From an uncultured Rickettsiales bacterium (GTDB lineage Bacteria > Pseudomonadota > Alphaproteobacteria > Rickettsiales > UBA1997), in the NCBI GenBank assembly GCA_905478245.1, contig CAJQHT010000009.1, positions 1-61,466 on the forward strand: DNA of 61,466 nucleotides, in the 5' to 3' direction. Positions within the stretch are counted from its first letter, which is position 1; every line of letters starts with the position of its first letter. Below the pieces are notes generated by a model. It ran no database searches. It was not told the origin of the DNA and worked only from the letters and a program-made list of their open reading frames with translations. Shown in pieces: positions 29,302 to 40,187 of the stretch. A program made the position numbers and the translations under genes.

Positions 29302-31899
29302 ATGATAAATTTACCAAAGAAATATAAACATTTCGATGCAGAAAAAAAATGGCAGAATTTTTGGTCTGAAAATAAAATCTATAAATGGGAGAAGGACCTA
29401 CCGCGTGACCAAACCTTTGTTATAGATACTCCTCCACCAACTGTTTCCGGTGTTTTACATATGGGTCATGTATTTTCCTATGTGCAAGCTGATTTTATTG
29501 CACGCTATCAAAGAATGAAGGGTAAAACAGTTTTTTACCCAATGGGATTTGATGATAATGGCCTTCCAACCGAAAGATTAGTGGAAAAGGTTAAAAAAAT
29601 TCGAGGTGTCGATATGGATCGAGCCGATTTTGTTAAAGAATGTCAAAGCGTAGTTGATGAAGCTGAAGAGCAATTTGAAGAATTATTTAACTCAGTAGCA
29701 TTATCAGTTGACTGGGATGAAAAATATCAAACCATTTCAGCACAATCACAAAAAATATCACAACTTTCTTTCATCGATCTATTCAATAAAGGTCTTGTTG
29801 AAAGAAAAATGGAGCCGGTTTTATGGGACATCGTTGACAGAACAGCTCTTTCACAAGCTGATCTAGTTGATAAAGAAAAACCTAGTGCAATGCATTACAT
29901 AAAATTCTCTATCTTAGATAATGATCAAGAAATTACCATTGCAACCACCCGCCCCGAGCTTCTATCTGCATGTGGCGCCGTTATTGTTAATCCAGAAGAT
30001 GACAGATATAAAGATTTAATCGGCAAAAAAGCCATAACTCCATTATTTGGCGTCAAAGTTGATATTATTGCCGATGAAATGGCACAAATCGATAAAGGAA
30101 CAGGAGCGGTAATGTGCTGTACTTTTGGTGACGAAACCGATATCTTATGGTGGAAAAAATATAATTTACCTTTAAGGTTAATTTTATGTAAAGATGGAAA
30201 AATAACCGATCCAGATTTAACAAATTTAGATATAATTGAATTTGAATCTGGCCAATTAGATAAAAATAATGTTATCAATTTAGCAGATACTAAGAAATAT
30301 TTTACTCAAATAGCTGGTTTAAGCTATAAAGAAGCTAGAAAAATTACAATTTCTTTAATAGAGCAAAAAAATCTATTAGTAAAATCAGAGGATATTACCC
30401 ATAATACCAAATGCGCCGAAAGATCAGGAGTGCCAATTGAAATCTTAGTTGTACCACAATGGTTTATCAAGATTCTTGACATTAAAGAGCAATTAAAAGA
30501 AAAGGCCGCTGAATGTAATTGGTATCCTCATTTTATGAAGGTCAGAATTGATCAATGGATTGATGGAATTTCTTGGGATTGGTGTATTTCAAGACAACGC
30601 TTTTTTGGCGTACCCTTCCCTATTTGGTATTCTAAGAAAAAAGGAGAAGAAGGCAAAATATTAGTTGCAAACACTGATCAATTGCCATGCGATCCATTAA
30701 AAGCTCTACCTAAGGGCTATAAGGCCGAAGAGATAGTAGCAGAAACTGATATTATGGATACCTGGGCTACATCTTCTGTTTCTCCGCAATTATCGTCTCA
30801 TGGCATTACAGAAAATCTAACTAGTAATGCTGATATAGAGCGTCATAAAAAACTATTTCCCGCTGATCTACGCCCCCAAGCTCATGAAATCATTAGAAGC
30901 TGGGCCTTTTATACAATAGTTAAAGCCTATCTTCATGAAGAAACTATTCCATGGCTCAATTTAATGATATCAGGTTGGTGCTTAGCATCTGATAAAACCA
31001 AAATGAGCAAATCAAAAGGCAATGTTATAACTCCAAATGCTTTAATAGAAGAAAAAGGCAGTGATGTTGTGCGCTACTGGGCCTCAACCTCACATTTAGG
31101 ATGTGATACCGCTTATAGTGAAGATGTCTTAAAAATAGGTGGCAAATTATTAAATAAATTATTCAATGCTGCTAAATTTACTTGTACTAATTTTGACTCT
31201 TTACAATACAAGCCAAAAACAGTAATTTTAGACATTAAAGAAAATCTAATTTTTAAAAAATCAGATTTATGGATTTTAAGCAAATTACATAAAATAATTG
31301 CAAAATCTGAAGCAGAATTTGAAAAATTCGAATATGCTAAAGCCAGAGAAGCAGTAGAAGATTTCTTCTGGAATGATTTTTGTGATAACTACCTAGAAAT
31401 AGCTAAAGTTAGAGCTTATGGAATTAAGGCACAAAAATATGAAAATATTGATTTAACTAATGAAGAAAAAACTAACATCATTAAAGCACAACAAAGCGCT
31501 TTAATAACTCTATATCACTGCCTAGAAACACTTTTAAGACTATTAGCGCCATTCATTCCTCATCTATGTGAAGAATTATTTCAGGCAATTTTTAATCAAG
31601 ATAATACCTCTTTATCAATCAATAGCAGGGGTTCTTGGCCAAATTTAGAAGATCATTATAAAAATGATGAATTAGCAAATAATACTAAATCCATGCTGGA
31701 AGTAATTAGTCATATCAGAAAATTTAAATCAGATAATAATATTTCACTTCGAACTCAATTGAAATCCTTTCAGATTCACAGTAATTCTAATTTTGATGGA
31801 TTTCTAGAAGATTTGCGTGATGTTACTAACGCTCAAGAAATTATTGTCAATAAAACCAAAAATAATCAAGTAGAAATTAACTCTATTACATTATTATAA
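29302..31899 (+). CDS. valS: Valine--tRNA ligase, archaeal-like type seen in Rickettsiales
   Basis: DTPPPTVSG-LHMGH, WCISRQR, DTWATS, RPQAHEIIRSW, KMSKS. Confidence 0.96.
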   Translation: MINLPKKYKHFDAEKKWQNFWSENKIYKWEKDLPRDQTFVIDTPPPTVSGVLHMGHVFSYVQADFIARYQRMKGKTVFYPMGFDDNGLPTERLVEKVKKIRGVDMDRADFVKECQSVVDEAEEQFEELFNSVALSVDWDEKYQTISAQSQKISQLSFIDLFNKGLVERKMEPVLWDIVDRTALSQADLVDKEKPSAMHYIKFSILDNDQEITIATTRPELLSACGAVIVNPEDDRYKDLIGKKAITPLFGVKVDIIADEMAQIDKGTGAVMCCTFGDETDILWWKKYNLPLRLILCKDGKITDPDLTNLDIIEFESGQLDKNNVINLADTKKYFTQIAGLSYKEARKITISLIEQKNLLVKSEDITHNTKCAERSGVPIEILVVPQWFIKILDIKEQLKEKAAECNWYPHFMKVRIDQWIDGISWDWCISRQRFFGVPFPIWYSKKKGEEGKILVANTDQLPCDPLKALPKGYKAEEIVAETDIMDTWATSSVSPQLSSHGITENLTSNADIERHKKLFPADLRPQAHEIIRSWAFYTIVKAYLHEETIPWLNLMISGWCLASDKTKMSKSKGNVITPNALIEEKGSDVVRYWASTSHLGCDTAYSEDVLKIGGKLLNKLFNAAKFTCTNFDSLQYKPKTVILDIKENLIFKKSDLWILSKLHKIIAKSEAEFEKFEYAKAREAVEDFFWNDFCDNYLEIAKVRAYGIKAQKYENIDLTNEEKTNIIKAQQSALITLYHCLETLLRLLAPFIPHLCEELFQAIFNQDNTSLSINSRGSWPNLEDHYKNDELANNTKSMLEVISHIRKFKSDNNISLRTQLKSFQIHSNSNFDGFLEDLRDVTNAQEIIVNKTKNNQVEINSITLL

Positions 31900-31921
31900 T
31901 TGCTAAATATAAATCTTATTT

Positions 31922-32977
31922 ATGAGGCCATCAAAAATTCTTAGATCACTTTCTTCTGCTACCGCTCTTAGGCAAAATATTCACAACTTCATAATAGCCA
32001 GATCACTTTCCTCAACCACTTCTAACGATAAGGATATTCACACTTTACAAATACCCAAAATCGTATCTGAAATTATCCATGACAGAGCTAATAATCTCTT
32101 AAGAGTTGCCAATGATTCCTTGGTACAGATGAAAAATCCAAATCACGAAACTTTAAATCGTATTGCCAAAAAAGAACTATCTGACATTTTAAAAGCAAGC
32201 CCAGAACTTCATGAAGAGTTTCAATATATAAAAGAGAACAGATTTAAAATCATTGAGATTAACGGATGGAATCTTCCTGAGTTCAAACTAGAAAATTTAC
32301 CTAAAAATGCAAAAGATTTAGAAAATCCAGCTTTCATCAAAAATATAATACCCGCTCAAATCTTATTACATATGTTTAATCAAGGTCTTGGAATAGAATT
32401 GGCAGAAAAGGGAGCTTTTAATAGTTTTGTATGCCCACTTGATTCCAGGTCACTAACTCAAGGAAATGGAGAGCTGGATTGGCATAGAGACGGATGGCAG
32501 ATGAGCGAGCGTTATAAAAATTTTGAACAATATATCAGCTTAATAGGAGTCTTGGGTCAAGAAGGAGTCCTAACACAAGTCATTACCTCTGGCGATATTA
32601 AGAAGCATTTCGAAGAAATAGAACGAAAAGATATTTTACAAGCATTATCGCAACCATATATTGTGTCCCGAGAAGATTTTCTATATGTTAAGAAGCCTGT
32701 TCTCTCAAAAGACGAGGGTATTAATTTTTCCAGCAGGGCTGCAAAATCATTTATTTGCGAAAGTGACTTTCAAATGGAGGCATTAGAACATCTTGTACAT
32801 TATCTAGAAAATGCAGAACCCACATATAGTACAGAACTAGAAAATGGAAAAATGATTGTAATTGACAATAGTAAAGCCATACACTGCAGAAAATTTGAAG
32901 ACCCCAATACAAAGATCAGTGCCAGAATGGCAATAAGGGGATTTGGGGATCAGAGCGAAGACAAAGCCATTAGATAG
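31922..32977 (+). CDS. TauD/clavaminate-synthase-like Fe(II)/2-oxoglutarate dioxygenase with a presequence-like N-terminal extension
   Basis: LDWHRDG (HxD) and IVIDNSKAIHCR...R (DN..HxR and distal Arg); first 35 aa are Arg/Ser/Leu-rich with no acidic residue. Confidence 0.7.
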   Translation: MRPSKILRSLSSATALRQNIHNFIIARSLSSTTSNDKDIHTLQIPKIVSEIIHDRANNLLRVANDSLVQMKNPNHETLNRIAKKELSDILKASPELHEEFQYIKENRFKIIEINGWNLPEFKLENLPKNAKDLENPAFIKNIIPAQILLHMFNQGLGIELAEKGAFNSFVCPLDSRSLTQGNGELDWHRDGWQMSERYKNFEQYISLIGVLGQEGVLTQVITSGDIKKHFEEIERKDILQALSQPYIVSREDFLYVKKPVLSKDEGINFSSRAAKSFICESDFQMEALEHLVHYLENAEPTYSTELENGKMIVIDNSKAIHCRKFEDPNTKISARMAIRGFGDQSEDKAIR

Positions 32978-32987
32978 TATCAAAATC

Positions 32988-34226
32988 CTAAATTTCAAAT
33001 CTAATCATTTCATCATAGCTTGGCCTTCTTCTAATAATCTCAAAATTCTTACCATCAATCATAATTTCTGGTATTAACGGGCGAGAATTATATTCATTAG
33101 ACATTGAGGCACCATAGGCACCACAAGAGTAAAGAGCAAGAAGATCTCCTTGTTTTGGATCGATCAATAAACGATTCTTGGCCAATATATCGGTAGTTTC
33201 GCAAACCGGACCTGCAATGTCAAATCTTTTAGCAGCTCCATTCTTTTTGCTAATCTGAACTAACTTATGATAAGAATCATAAAGGCCAGGGCGCATTAAA
33301 TCGTTCATTGCCCCATCAATTATTAAAAAATCTTTAAAATCCGTATGTTTATGATAAATAATTTGCGTAATTAAAGCGGCACTATTACCAATCAAAGCCC
33401 TACCAGGAGCAATGGTCACGGAAACACTCAACTCTAAAGCAATATCTTTAATTATCTTCGCATATTCTTCTATAATTATTGGATTCTCGTCATTATAAAT
33501 GATTCCAACGCCACCACCAAAATCAAGACTTTTAATATCAAAGCCATTTTGGCGTAGAGTTATACATAATTCTTTAATTTTTGCAAAAGCATTTTTAAAT
33601 GGCTCTAAAGATGTGATTTGTGAACCAATATGAGTAGCAATTCCATGAATTTTAATATTAGATAATTTACTAGCTTTTTCATATAAATCTTCAGCCAAGT
33701 GAATGTCAACACCAAATTTATCACCCTTTCTGCCTGTTGAAATTTTATCATGAGTTTTAGCATCAACATCAGGATTAACTCTTAAAGAAAATTTAGCAAT
33801 CTTGTCAATTTTACGCGCAACCTCATTAAGTAAATATAATTCAGGCTCAGATTCCACGCTAAACTCCTCAACTCCTTCATTTAAAGCATATTCAATCTCA
33901 TCAGCTTTTTTTCCCACTCCAGCAAAAACAATATTTTTTGGCTCAATTCCAGCCTTAATTGCACGATAAATTTCACCTTTTGAAACTACGTCAATGCCTG
34001 CACCCATCGCTGCAAATATTTTAACAATATTTATATTAGGATTAGCTTTAATAGCATAGCAAATCTTATGATCAATTTCCTTAAAAGCATTATAAAAAAC
34101 TTGATAATTTTCAATAATATTTCTTCTACTGTAGCAATAAAATGGAGTACCTACTTCTTTAGCAATATCAGATATTTTTAGCCCTTCTACTGATAGCTGA
34201 TCATCTATAAAATTAAAATACTTCAT
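32988..34226 (-). CDS. lysA: Diaminopimelate decarboxylase
   Basis: YAIKAN, LRVNP...KFG, HIGSQ, GPVCETTD, GAYG, YNSRP. Confidence 0.96.
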   Translation of the reverse strand: MKYFNFIDDQLSVEGLKISDIAKEVGTPFYCYSRRNIIENYQVFYNAFKEIDHKICYAIKANPNINIVKIFAAMGAGIDVVSKGEIYRAIKAGIEPKNIVFAGVGKKADEIEYALNEGVEEFSVESEPELYLLNEVARKIDKIAKFSLRVNPDVDAKTHDKISTGRKGDKFGVDIHLAEDLYEKASKLSNIKIHGIATHIGSQITSLEPFKNAFAKIKELCITLRQNGFDIKSLDFGGGVGIIYNDENPIIIEEYAKIIKDIALELSVSVTIAPGRALIGNSAALITQIIYHKHTDFKDFLIIDGAMNDLMRPGLYDSYHKLVQISKKNGAAKRFDIAGPVCETTDILAKNRLLIDPKQGDLLALYSCGAYGASMSNEYNSRPLIPEIMIDGKNFEIIRRRPSYDEMIRFEI

Positions 34227-34341
34227 TTACTTTATAATATTTATTAGTTAGTATTAGGCCACTCATTAAAGATGGACTTTGGTATAGCGCCAGAATCAAT
34301 ATTTAAAATGATAATTAATATAATAATAATAATCAATCAAA

Positions 34342-36036
34342 TTGCACAAGGTGAGCAAGAAAGAGGGCAGCTTAAATTTTAAAATAAATCAAATAAATTT
34401 TACCGTAGGGGATTTAGAGGGTAATTATGATAAAATAAAAACAGAATATAATAATTCTCAGAATAAAGATTTAGATTTAATAATTTTTAGCGAATTGTCA
34501 TTAAGTGGCTATCCACCTGAAGACTTACTGCAAAAAGAATATTTCATCAAAGAAATTGAATTAAAAATTAATGATTTATGTAAAATCACTAAAAATAAAC
34601 ATACCGCAATTATCATTGGCGCCCCATTATTTTTCTTAAGTCGCTTTGAAGAGAAATTTTTACATAATTGCGCTTTATTAATAGAGGATGGAGAAGTAAA
34701 AAAAATTGCGGAAAAAAATAATATACCGAATCAGGGCATATTCGATGAAAAAAGATATTTTAAGGCTGGCAATAATTTAAAAATTATAAATTTTAGAGAT
34801 TTTAATATAGCAATGCTTATTTGCGCTGATATATGGTCAAAAAAGAACGCCTTTCTATTGCAAAACAAAGATCTTGATGCTGTGATCGTTATTAACGCTT
34901 CCCCTTTTAGTGTGGAAAAAATTAAACAAAGACATGATGTTACCATGGAATTTGTAAATTTACTCAAAACTCCATTAATATATGTTAATCAAGTTGGAGG
35001 TCAAGATGGTGTAGTTTTTGATGGATCTTCATTTGTCTTAGATAAAAATGGCAATAAAATTATTCAACTAGCTGAATTCTCTCAAGATAGTCAAATATTC
35101 AACATTAGCCATGACGGACTTATTAACGATCAAAAAGAACCTATAGCAACAGTCGTAGATATTAATCAAGAACTACATAGAGTTTATAATTGCTGCATTT
35201 TAGGGATAAGAGACTATCTGGGTAAAAATGGTTTTCAAAAAATTATTATTGGCATGAGTGGCGGCATTGATTCAGCTCTTTGTGCCGCTATGGCAGTTGA
35301 TGCAATTGGCTCTAAAAATGTTAAATTAATGGCCCTGCCCTCAAAATTCAATTCTAAAACTAGCTTTGATGACGCTATCTCGTGCAGTAAGAATCTTGGA
35401 ATTAAATTAGAATCCATAGAAATTAATAATATATTTTCTAGCTTTAATAATGCCTTATCACAACAATTTTCAGGCAAAAAGAATGATTTAACCGAAGAAA
35501 ATCTGCAATCACGAATTAGAGGTAATATTTTAATGGCATTATCTAATAAATTAGGCCATTTATTACTCTCAACTGGCAATAAATCAGAAATGGCAGTTGG
35601 CTATGCCACAATTTATGGAGATATGTGTGGAGCCCTTAACCCACTTAAAGATATTTATAAAAGCGATATTTTTGAATTAGTAAAATGGAGAAACAACAAT
35701 ATCCCAAATATTTCAATTTATAGAAAGAAAAATATTATACCCCAAAATATTATCATAAAAGAACCAACCGCAGAATTAAGAGATAATCAAAAAGATAGCG
35801 ACTCCCTGCCAGAATACGAAATTCTAGATAAAATATTATTTCACATAATAGAGGGGGAAAAATCAATAGATAACATTATAAATCTTGGTTTTGCAACAAA
35901 TATTGTAAAAAAAGTTGCAAATTTATTCTATAAAAGCGAATATAAAAGAAAGCAATCGGTAATTGGCATAAAGATTTCTGAAATGTCTTTTGACAAGGAT
36001 CGAAGATATCAAATTACTAATAAATTTTGGAGATAA
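34342..36036 (+). CDS. nadE: Glutamine-dependent NAD+ synthetase (start uncertain: TTG 34342 or GTG 34351)
   Basis: Nitrilase-like N-domain (ELSLSGYPPED, IC.DIW) plus SGGIDS, TGNKSE, PTAEL. Confidence 0.95.
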   Translation: MHKVSKKEGSLNFKINQINFTVGDLEGNYDKIKTEYNNSQNKDLDLIIFSELSLSGYPPEDLLQKEYFIKEIELKINDLCKITKNKHTAIIIGAPLFFLSRFEEKFLHNCALLIEDGEVKKIAEKNNIPNQGIFDEKRYFKAGNNLKIINFRDFNIAMLICADIWSKKNAFLLQNKDLDAVIVINASPFSVEKIKQRHDVTMEFVNLLKTPLIYVNQVGGQDGVVFDGSSFVLDKNGNKIIQLAEFSQDSQIFNISHDGLINDQKEPIATVVDINQELHRVYNCCILGIRDYLGKNGFQKIIIGMSGGIDSALCAAMAVDAIGSKNVKLMALPSKFNSKTSFDDAISCSKNLGIKLESIEINNIFSSFNNALSQQFSGKKNDLTEENLQSRIRGNILMALSNKLGHLLLSTGNKSEMAVGYATIYGDMCGALNPLKDIYKSDIFELVKWRNNNIPNISIYRKKNIIPQNIIIKEPTAELRDNQKDSDSLPEYEILDKILFHIIEGEKSIDNIINLGFATNIVKKVANLFYKSEYKRKQSVIGIKISEMSFDKDRRYQITNKFWR

Positions 36037-36039
36037 ATT

Positions 36040-36519
36040 ATGACAAATAACTTAAATTATGCAGGATTTTGGAGAAGATTATCAGCTAGTCTCATTGATA
36101 TATTAATTAGCTTACCAATTTTAATTTCCATCATCTATTTATTTGGATTAGAAAAATATCTAGAAATAACCATAGATGATAACTTTAATTCCTATGCCAA
36201 AAATCAATATTTTATTCTAAATAGATTGTTAATTGACCTAATTTCAATTACCGTTGTTGCGACCTATTCTATTTTATCAATATCATCTACAAAACAAGCA
36301 ACAATTGGCAAAAGAATATTCAATATTTATGTCACTGATATTAATGGAGAAAAACTTACAAGATTAAAGGCTACAAAAAGATTCTTTGCCTCAATATTTC
36401 TAACCACGATAACATTGGGAATTGGCTTACTTATAATAGCATTTACCAAGGAAAAGACAGCACTTTACGATATTTTATGTGCCACAAGAGTAATAAGAAG
36501 AGCAAATAATAATGAATAA
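36040..36519 (+). CDS. RDD family membrane protein
   Basis: YAGFWRR..A.LID, QATIGK, LYD...TRV. Confidence 0.88.
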   Translation: MTNNLNYAGFWRRLSASLIDILISLPILISIIYLFGLEKYLEITIDDNFNSYAKNQYFILNRLLIDLISITVVATYSILSISSTKQATIGKRIFNIYVTDINGEKLTRLKATKRFFASIFLTTITLGIGLLIIAFTKEKTALYDILCATRVIRRANNNE

Positions 36520-37858
36520 TAGGAAAATTAGATGCAGATTTGCCCCCTCCCCAACGGGATATTTACATATTGGCAATATCAGAACTGCTATTATAAATTA
36601 TTTATTTGTTAAAAAAAATGAAGGAGAATTTCTGCTGCGTTTTGACGATACAGATGAGCAAAGAGTAAAAGAAGAATATAAAGAAGCCATCATTGAAGAT
36701 ATGAATTGGCTTGGCCTAAATCATGATCAAAATATTATTCAGCAATCGCAAAGATTAGAACTTTATCAAAAAGCAAAAAATAAATTAATTGAATCTAATC
36801 GCATTTATGAATGCTTTGAAACAGCTGAAGAGCTTAATTTACAAAGAAAAAGTCAAACCATAAATGGCCAAAGACCAATTTACGATAGAGCAGCACTGAA
36901 TTTAACTGACCAACAAAAAGAAAATTTCAGAAAAGAAGGCAGAAAATCATATTGGCGCTTTTTATTAAAAGACCAGATCACATCTTGGCAGGACGGTGTT
37001 AGAGACAATATAAAATTTGAAGGTTTACATTTTAGTGATCCGGTAATTATACGTGAAAATGGCCTACCAACCTATACTTTTTGCAGTGTTGTTGACGATA
37101 TTGATCTTAACATTACCGACATCATCAGGGGCGAAGACCACATCACCAACACCGCCATTCAAATTCAAATATTTCAGGCATTAGAAGCAGAAAATATTCC
37201 AAATTTCTCACATTTAGCCCTTGTTAAAGCTAATGAAGGCAAGATCTCTAAAAGAATAGGTGGTTTTGACATCAGATCTTTAAGAAAAGAGGGATTTGAA
37301 GCCTTATCCATCATAAATCTACTGCCGCAAATAGGAGTCTCAAAAAGCTTAGAGGTAAAATCTGCTATTGAAGAATTAATAGCCAATTTTAATCTAAAGA
37401 ATTTTAGCAAATCAGCCACAAAATATAATTTAGATGAATTAAAAAATATTAATCAAAAATTATTGCAAATCTTACCATTTTCAGAAATTGAAAAATCTCT
37501 TAAAAATTCTAATATTAATCTTAATATCAGTGAAGAGTTTTGGCATAATATTAAAAATAACCTTGAATTTCTACATGAAGCACAAGATTGGATAAATATT
37601 TGTCAAAATAATCTGCGTCACCAACATCAAAAGGAAGATTTCGAATTATTAAAAACAGCTAAAGATAATCTTCCACAAAAAATAGACCAAGATACTTGGC
37701 AAATTTGGATCAATAATATCAAGCAAAATAGTAATAAAAAAGGCAAAGAACTCTTTATGCCCCTTAGACTAGCCCTCACCGGCAAGGAAAACGGTCCAGA
37801 ATTAAAAAACATCTTACCTCTTATAAAAAGAGAGGAAATTTTAGCAAGATTAACTTAA
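36512..37858 (+). CDS. gltX: Glutamate--tRNA ligase
   Basis: RFAPSPTGYLHIGN, RGEDH, KISKR. Confidence 0.94.
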   Translation: MNNRKIRCRFAPSPTGYLHIGNIRTAIINYLFVKKNEGEFLLRFDDTDEQRVKEEYKEAIIEDMNWLGLNHDQNIIQQSQRLELYQKAKNKLIESNRIYECFETAEELNLQRKSQTINGQRPIYDRAALNLTDQQKENFRKEGRKSYWRFLLKDQITSWQDGVRDNIKFEGLHFSDPVIIRENGLPTYTFCSVVDDIDLNITDIIRGEDHITNTAIQIQIFQALEAENIPNFSHLALVKANEGKISKRIGGFDIRSLRKEGFEALSIINLLPQIGVSKSLEVKSAIEELIANFNLKNFSKSATKYNLDELKNINQKLLQILPFSEIEKSLKNSNINLNISEEFWHNIKNNLEFLHEAQDWINICQNNLRHQHQKEDFELLKTAKDNLPQKIDQDTWQIWINNIKQNSNKKGKELFMPLRLALTGKENGPELKNILPLIKREEILARLT

Positions 37859-37871
37859 AAAATAAAATAAT

Positions 37872-38207
37872 ATGCTTTTAAAATTATTATTAAAAATTTG
37901 GCCGTCATTTATTCCAATAATTAGCTATATTTTATGGATTATTATTCAAGGCATGATTCAAAATTATCTCAAAAAGAAGCAATTTATTGAAGCAGAATTT
38001 GAAGAATTAGATAAGAATGGCAAAAAAATCAAAAAAAATGATCATTTTTCCTTAAAAAACCCTAGATTTATTGCAATCATCTATTTAAGCCTAGCATTTA
38101 TGATTTTCTCTTTATTATTTTTTGCAATTTTTGAGAAGCCACAAAAGGGATCTTATGTGCCAGCTAAGAATGAAAATGGTAAAATAATACCCTATAATAT
38201 CAAATAA
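37872..38207 (+). CDS. Small two-TM membrane protein
   Basis: Two hydrophobic segments and C-terminal YVPAK.ENGKIIP; tightly spaced within an operon. Confidence 0.7.
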   Translation: MLLKLLLKIWPSFIPIISYILWIIIQGMIQNYLKKKQFIEAEFEELDKNGKKIKKNDHFSLKNPRFIAIIYLSLAFMIFSLLFFAIFEKPQKGSYVPAKNENGKIIPYNIK

Positions 38208-38212
38208 ACCTA

Positions 38213-40045
38213 ATGCCACCCTTAGACAAAGTATTAATATCCGTTCAGGAAGCCCAGATAACTTTTGGTAAAACTACTCTTTTCGAAAATTTAAATTTCA
38301 ATATTCATAGTAATAGCAAAATATGTCTCATTGGTAAAAATGGCGCTGGGAAAAGCACCTTAATGAATATAATTTCAAATAAATACGAATTAGATAGCGG
38401 TAAAAGAATTGAAGTGCCAAATCTTACCATTGGCTATTTAGAGCAAGAAATTCAATTTGATAATAATCAGAAATTATTTGATTATTTATTTCTAGGATTA
38501 GAAAAAGAAGAGCAAATAGATGAAAATTCCTATATTATTGAAGCTATGGCTCATAATTTAAAGATAGATATTAATAATATTATGGGAAATTTATCAGGAG
38601 GACAATTAAGAAGAGCGGCGCTGGCAAAATCCCTAATTCAAGATCCAGATCTATTATTACTAGACGAACCAACAAATCATCTTGATTTTGAATCAGTAAA
38701 GTGGCTTGAAAATTACTTAAATTCCTATAATGGTACTTTTCTTTGCATTAGTCATGATCGCACATTCTTAAAAAATATTTCTAATAAAGTATTCTGGCTT
38801 GATAGGGGAAATGTTAGAGTTTGCCCAAAAGGATATAGTTATTTTGAAGAATGGTCAAACATGCTATTAGAGCAAGAAAGTAGAGAATTACATAATCGTA
38901 AAAGTATTTTATCTCTAGAGGAAGAATGGGCAAATCGAGGAGTTAAGGCTAGAAGAAAAAGAAACGTTAGAAGAATAGATGAAATGAGAACAGAAAAAAG
39001 CAAATTAGAATCTGATCTAAGTTCATTTAGAAAAGCTACCCGAAAGCTAGAAATAAAAGAAATTAAGGTTAGTGATTCTTCAAAAATTATTGCCACTTTC
39101 ATCAAGGCTAATAAAGAATTTCAAAATGAACAGAAAAAAGAGATTATTTTAAATAATTTTAATCTAAAAATTATGAAAGGTGATAAAATTGGAATTCTTG
39201 GCAATAATGGCTCAGGAAAAACAACATTTCTAAAAATGTTAATTGGCGAATCAGAGCCAGATTCAGGTAAAATAAAATTAGCCAAAAATATTGATATTGC
39301 TTATTTCGATCAAAAAAGATCAAATTTAAAAAGTGACGAAAGCCTAAAAAAGAATTTATGCCCAAATGGCGGAGAATATATCGAGGTAATGGGGAAAACT
39401 AGGCATGTTTGCGGCTATTTAAAAGATTTTATGTTTGATCCAAAAGCTGCGTCAGAACAAGTTAGTACTCTTTCTGGTGGGCAAAAAAATCGCTTAATGC
39501 TAGCCAAAGTTTTAGCTAATCCTAAAAATTGCCTGATACTTGATGAACCAACCAATGATCTAGATATGGATACACTGGATATGCTAGAAGAGATATTATC
39601 AAATTATAAAGGTACATTATTGGTAGTTAGTCATGATCGTGATTTTTTAGATAAAACTATTAATAAAATCCTAGCCTTTAATGGCAATGGCGATATTAAA
39701 TATTATGGCGGAAATTACAGTGATTATGAACAATATATTAAAGAAAAAGAGTTAGAATCCAATAGCCAATCAGAAAATATTAAAAACAACATAAATAATA
39801 ACAAAAAAACAAAAACCGCAACAAAGAAACTAACCTATAAATTACAATATGAGCTCGACAATATACCTAAAGAAATTGATAAATTAAATCAAGAATTGGA
39901 GCAAATAAATCAGAAATTTCTTGATCCTGAATTTTTTGCAGATAATAATTCTGAATCACTATTAATGAAATCAAAAAATATAAGTCAAAAAATTGAAGAT
40001 CTGGAAAATAGATGGCTTGAATTAGAAGAAATGAAAGAGCAATAG
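38213..40045 (+). CDS. uup: ABC-F family ATPase, Uup-like
   Basis: Two ABC domains (GKNGAGKS/LSGG/DEPTNHLD; GNNGSGKT/LSGG/DEPTNDLD) and the C-terminal KKLTYK..EL coiled coil. Confidence 0.85.
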   Translation: MPPLDKVLISVQEAQITFGKTTLFENLNFNIHSNSKICLIGKNGAGKSTLMNIISNKYELDSGKRIEVPNLTIGYLEQEIQFDNNQKLFDYLFLGLEKEEQIDENSYIIEAMAHNLKIDINNIMGNLSGGQLRRAALAKSLIQDPDLLLLDEPTNHLDFESVKWLENYLNSYNGTFLCISHDRTFLKNISNKVFWLDRGNVRVCPKGYSYFEEWSNMLLEQESRELHNRKSILSLEEEWANRGVKARRKRNVRRIDEMRTEKSKLESDLSSFRKATRKLEIKEIKVSDSSKIIATFIKANKEFQNEQKKEIILNNFNLKIMKGDKIGILGNNGSGKTTFLKMLIGESEPDSGKIKLAKNIDIAYFDQKRSNLKSDESLKKNLCPNGGEYIEVMGKTRHVCGYLKDFMFDPKAASEQVSTLSGGQKNRLMLAKVLANPKNCLILDEPTNDLDMDTLDMLEEILSNYKGTLLVVSHDRDFLDKTINKILAFNGNGDIKYYGGNYSDYEQYIKEKELESNSQSENIKNNINNNKKTKTATKKLTYKLQYELDNIPKEIDKLNQELEQINQKFLDPEFFADNNSESLLMKSKNISQKIEDLENRWLELEEMKEQ

Positions 40046-40076
40046 CTCTTAACACTCAGCCTCATCTTTAAAAATA

Positions 40077-40156
40077 TGTATCAAAATAAGACATTATGTA
40101 TTATTTTGATACATAATACTATATTGAGACAGAACAATATGTATCATTTTGATACA
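40077..40156. repeat. Cluster of TGTATCA-N3-TGATACA palindromes
   Basis: TGTATCAAAATAAGACA (40077), TGTATTATTTTGATACA (40097), half-site TGAGACA (40125), perfect TGTATCATTTTGATACA (40140). Confidence 0.8.
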
Positions 40157-40187
40157 TATTAAAAAAATAAAGAACATAAACCTGTCG

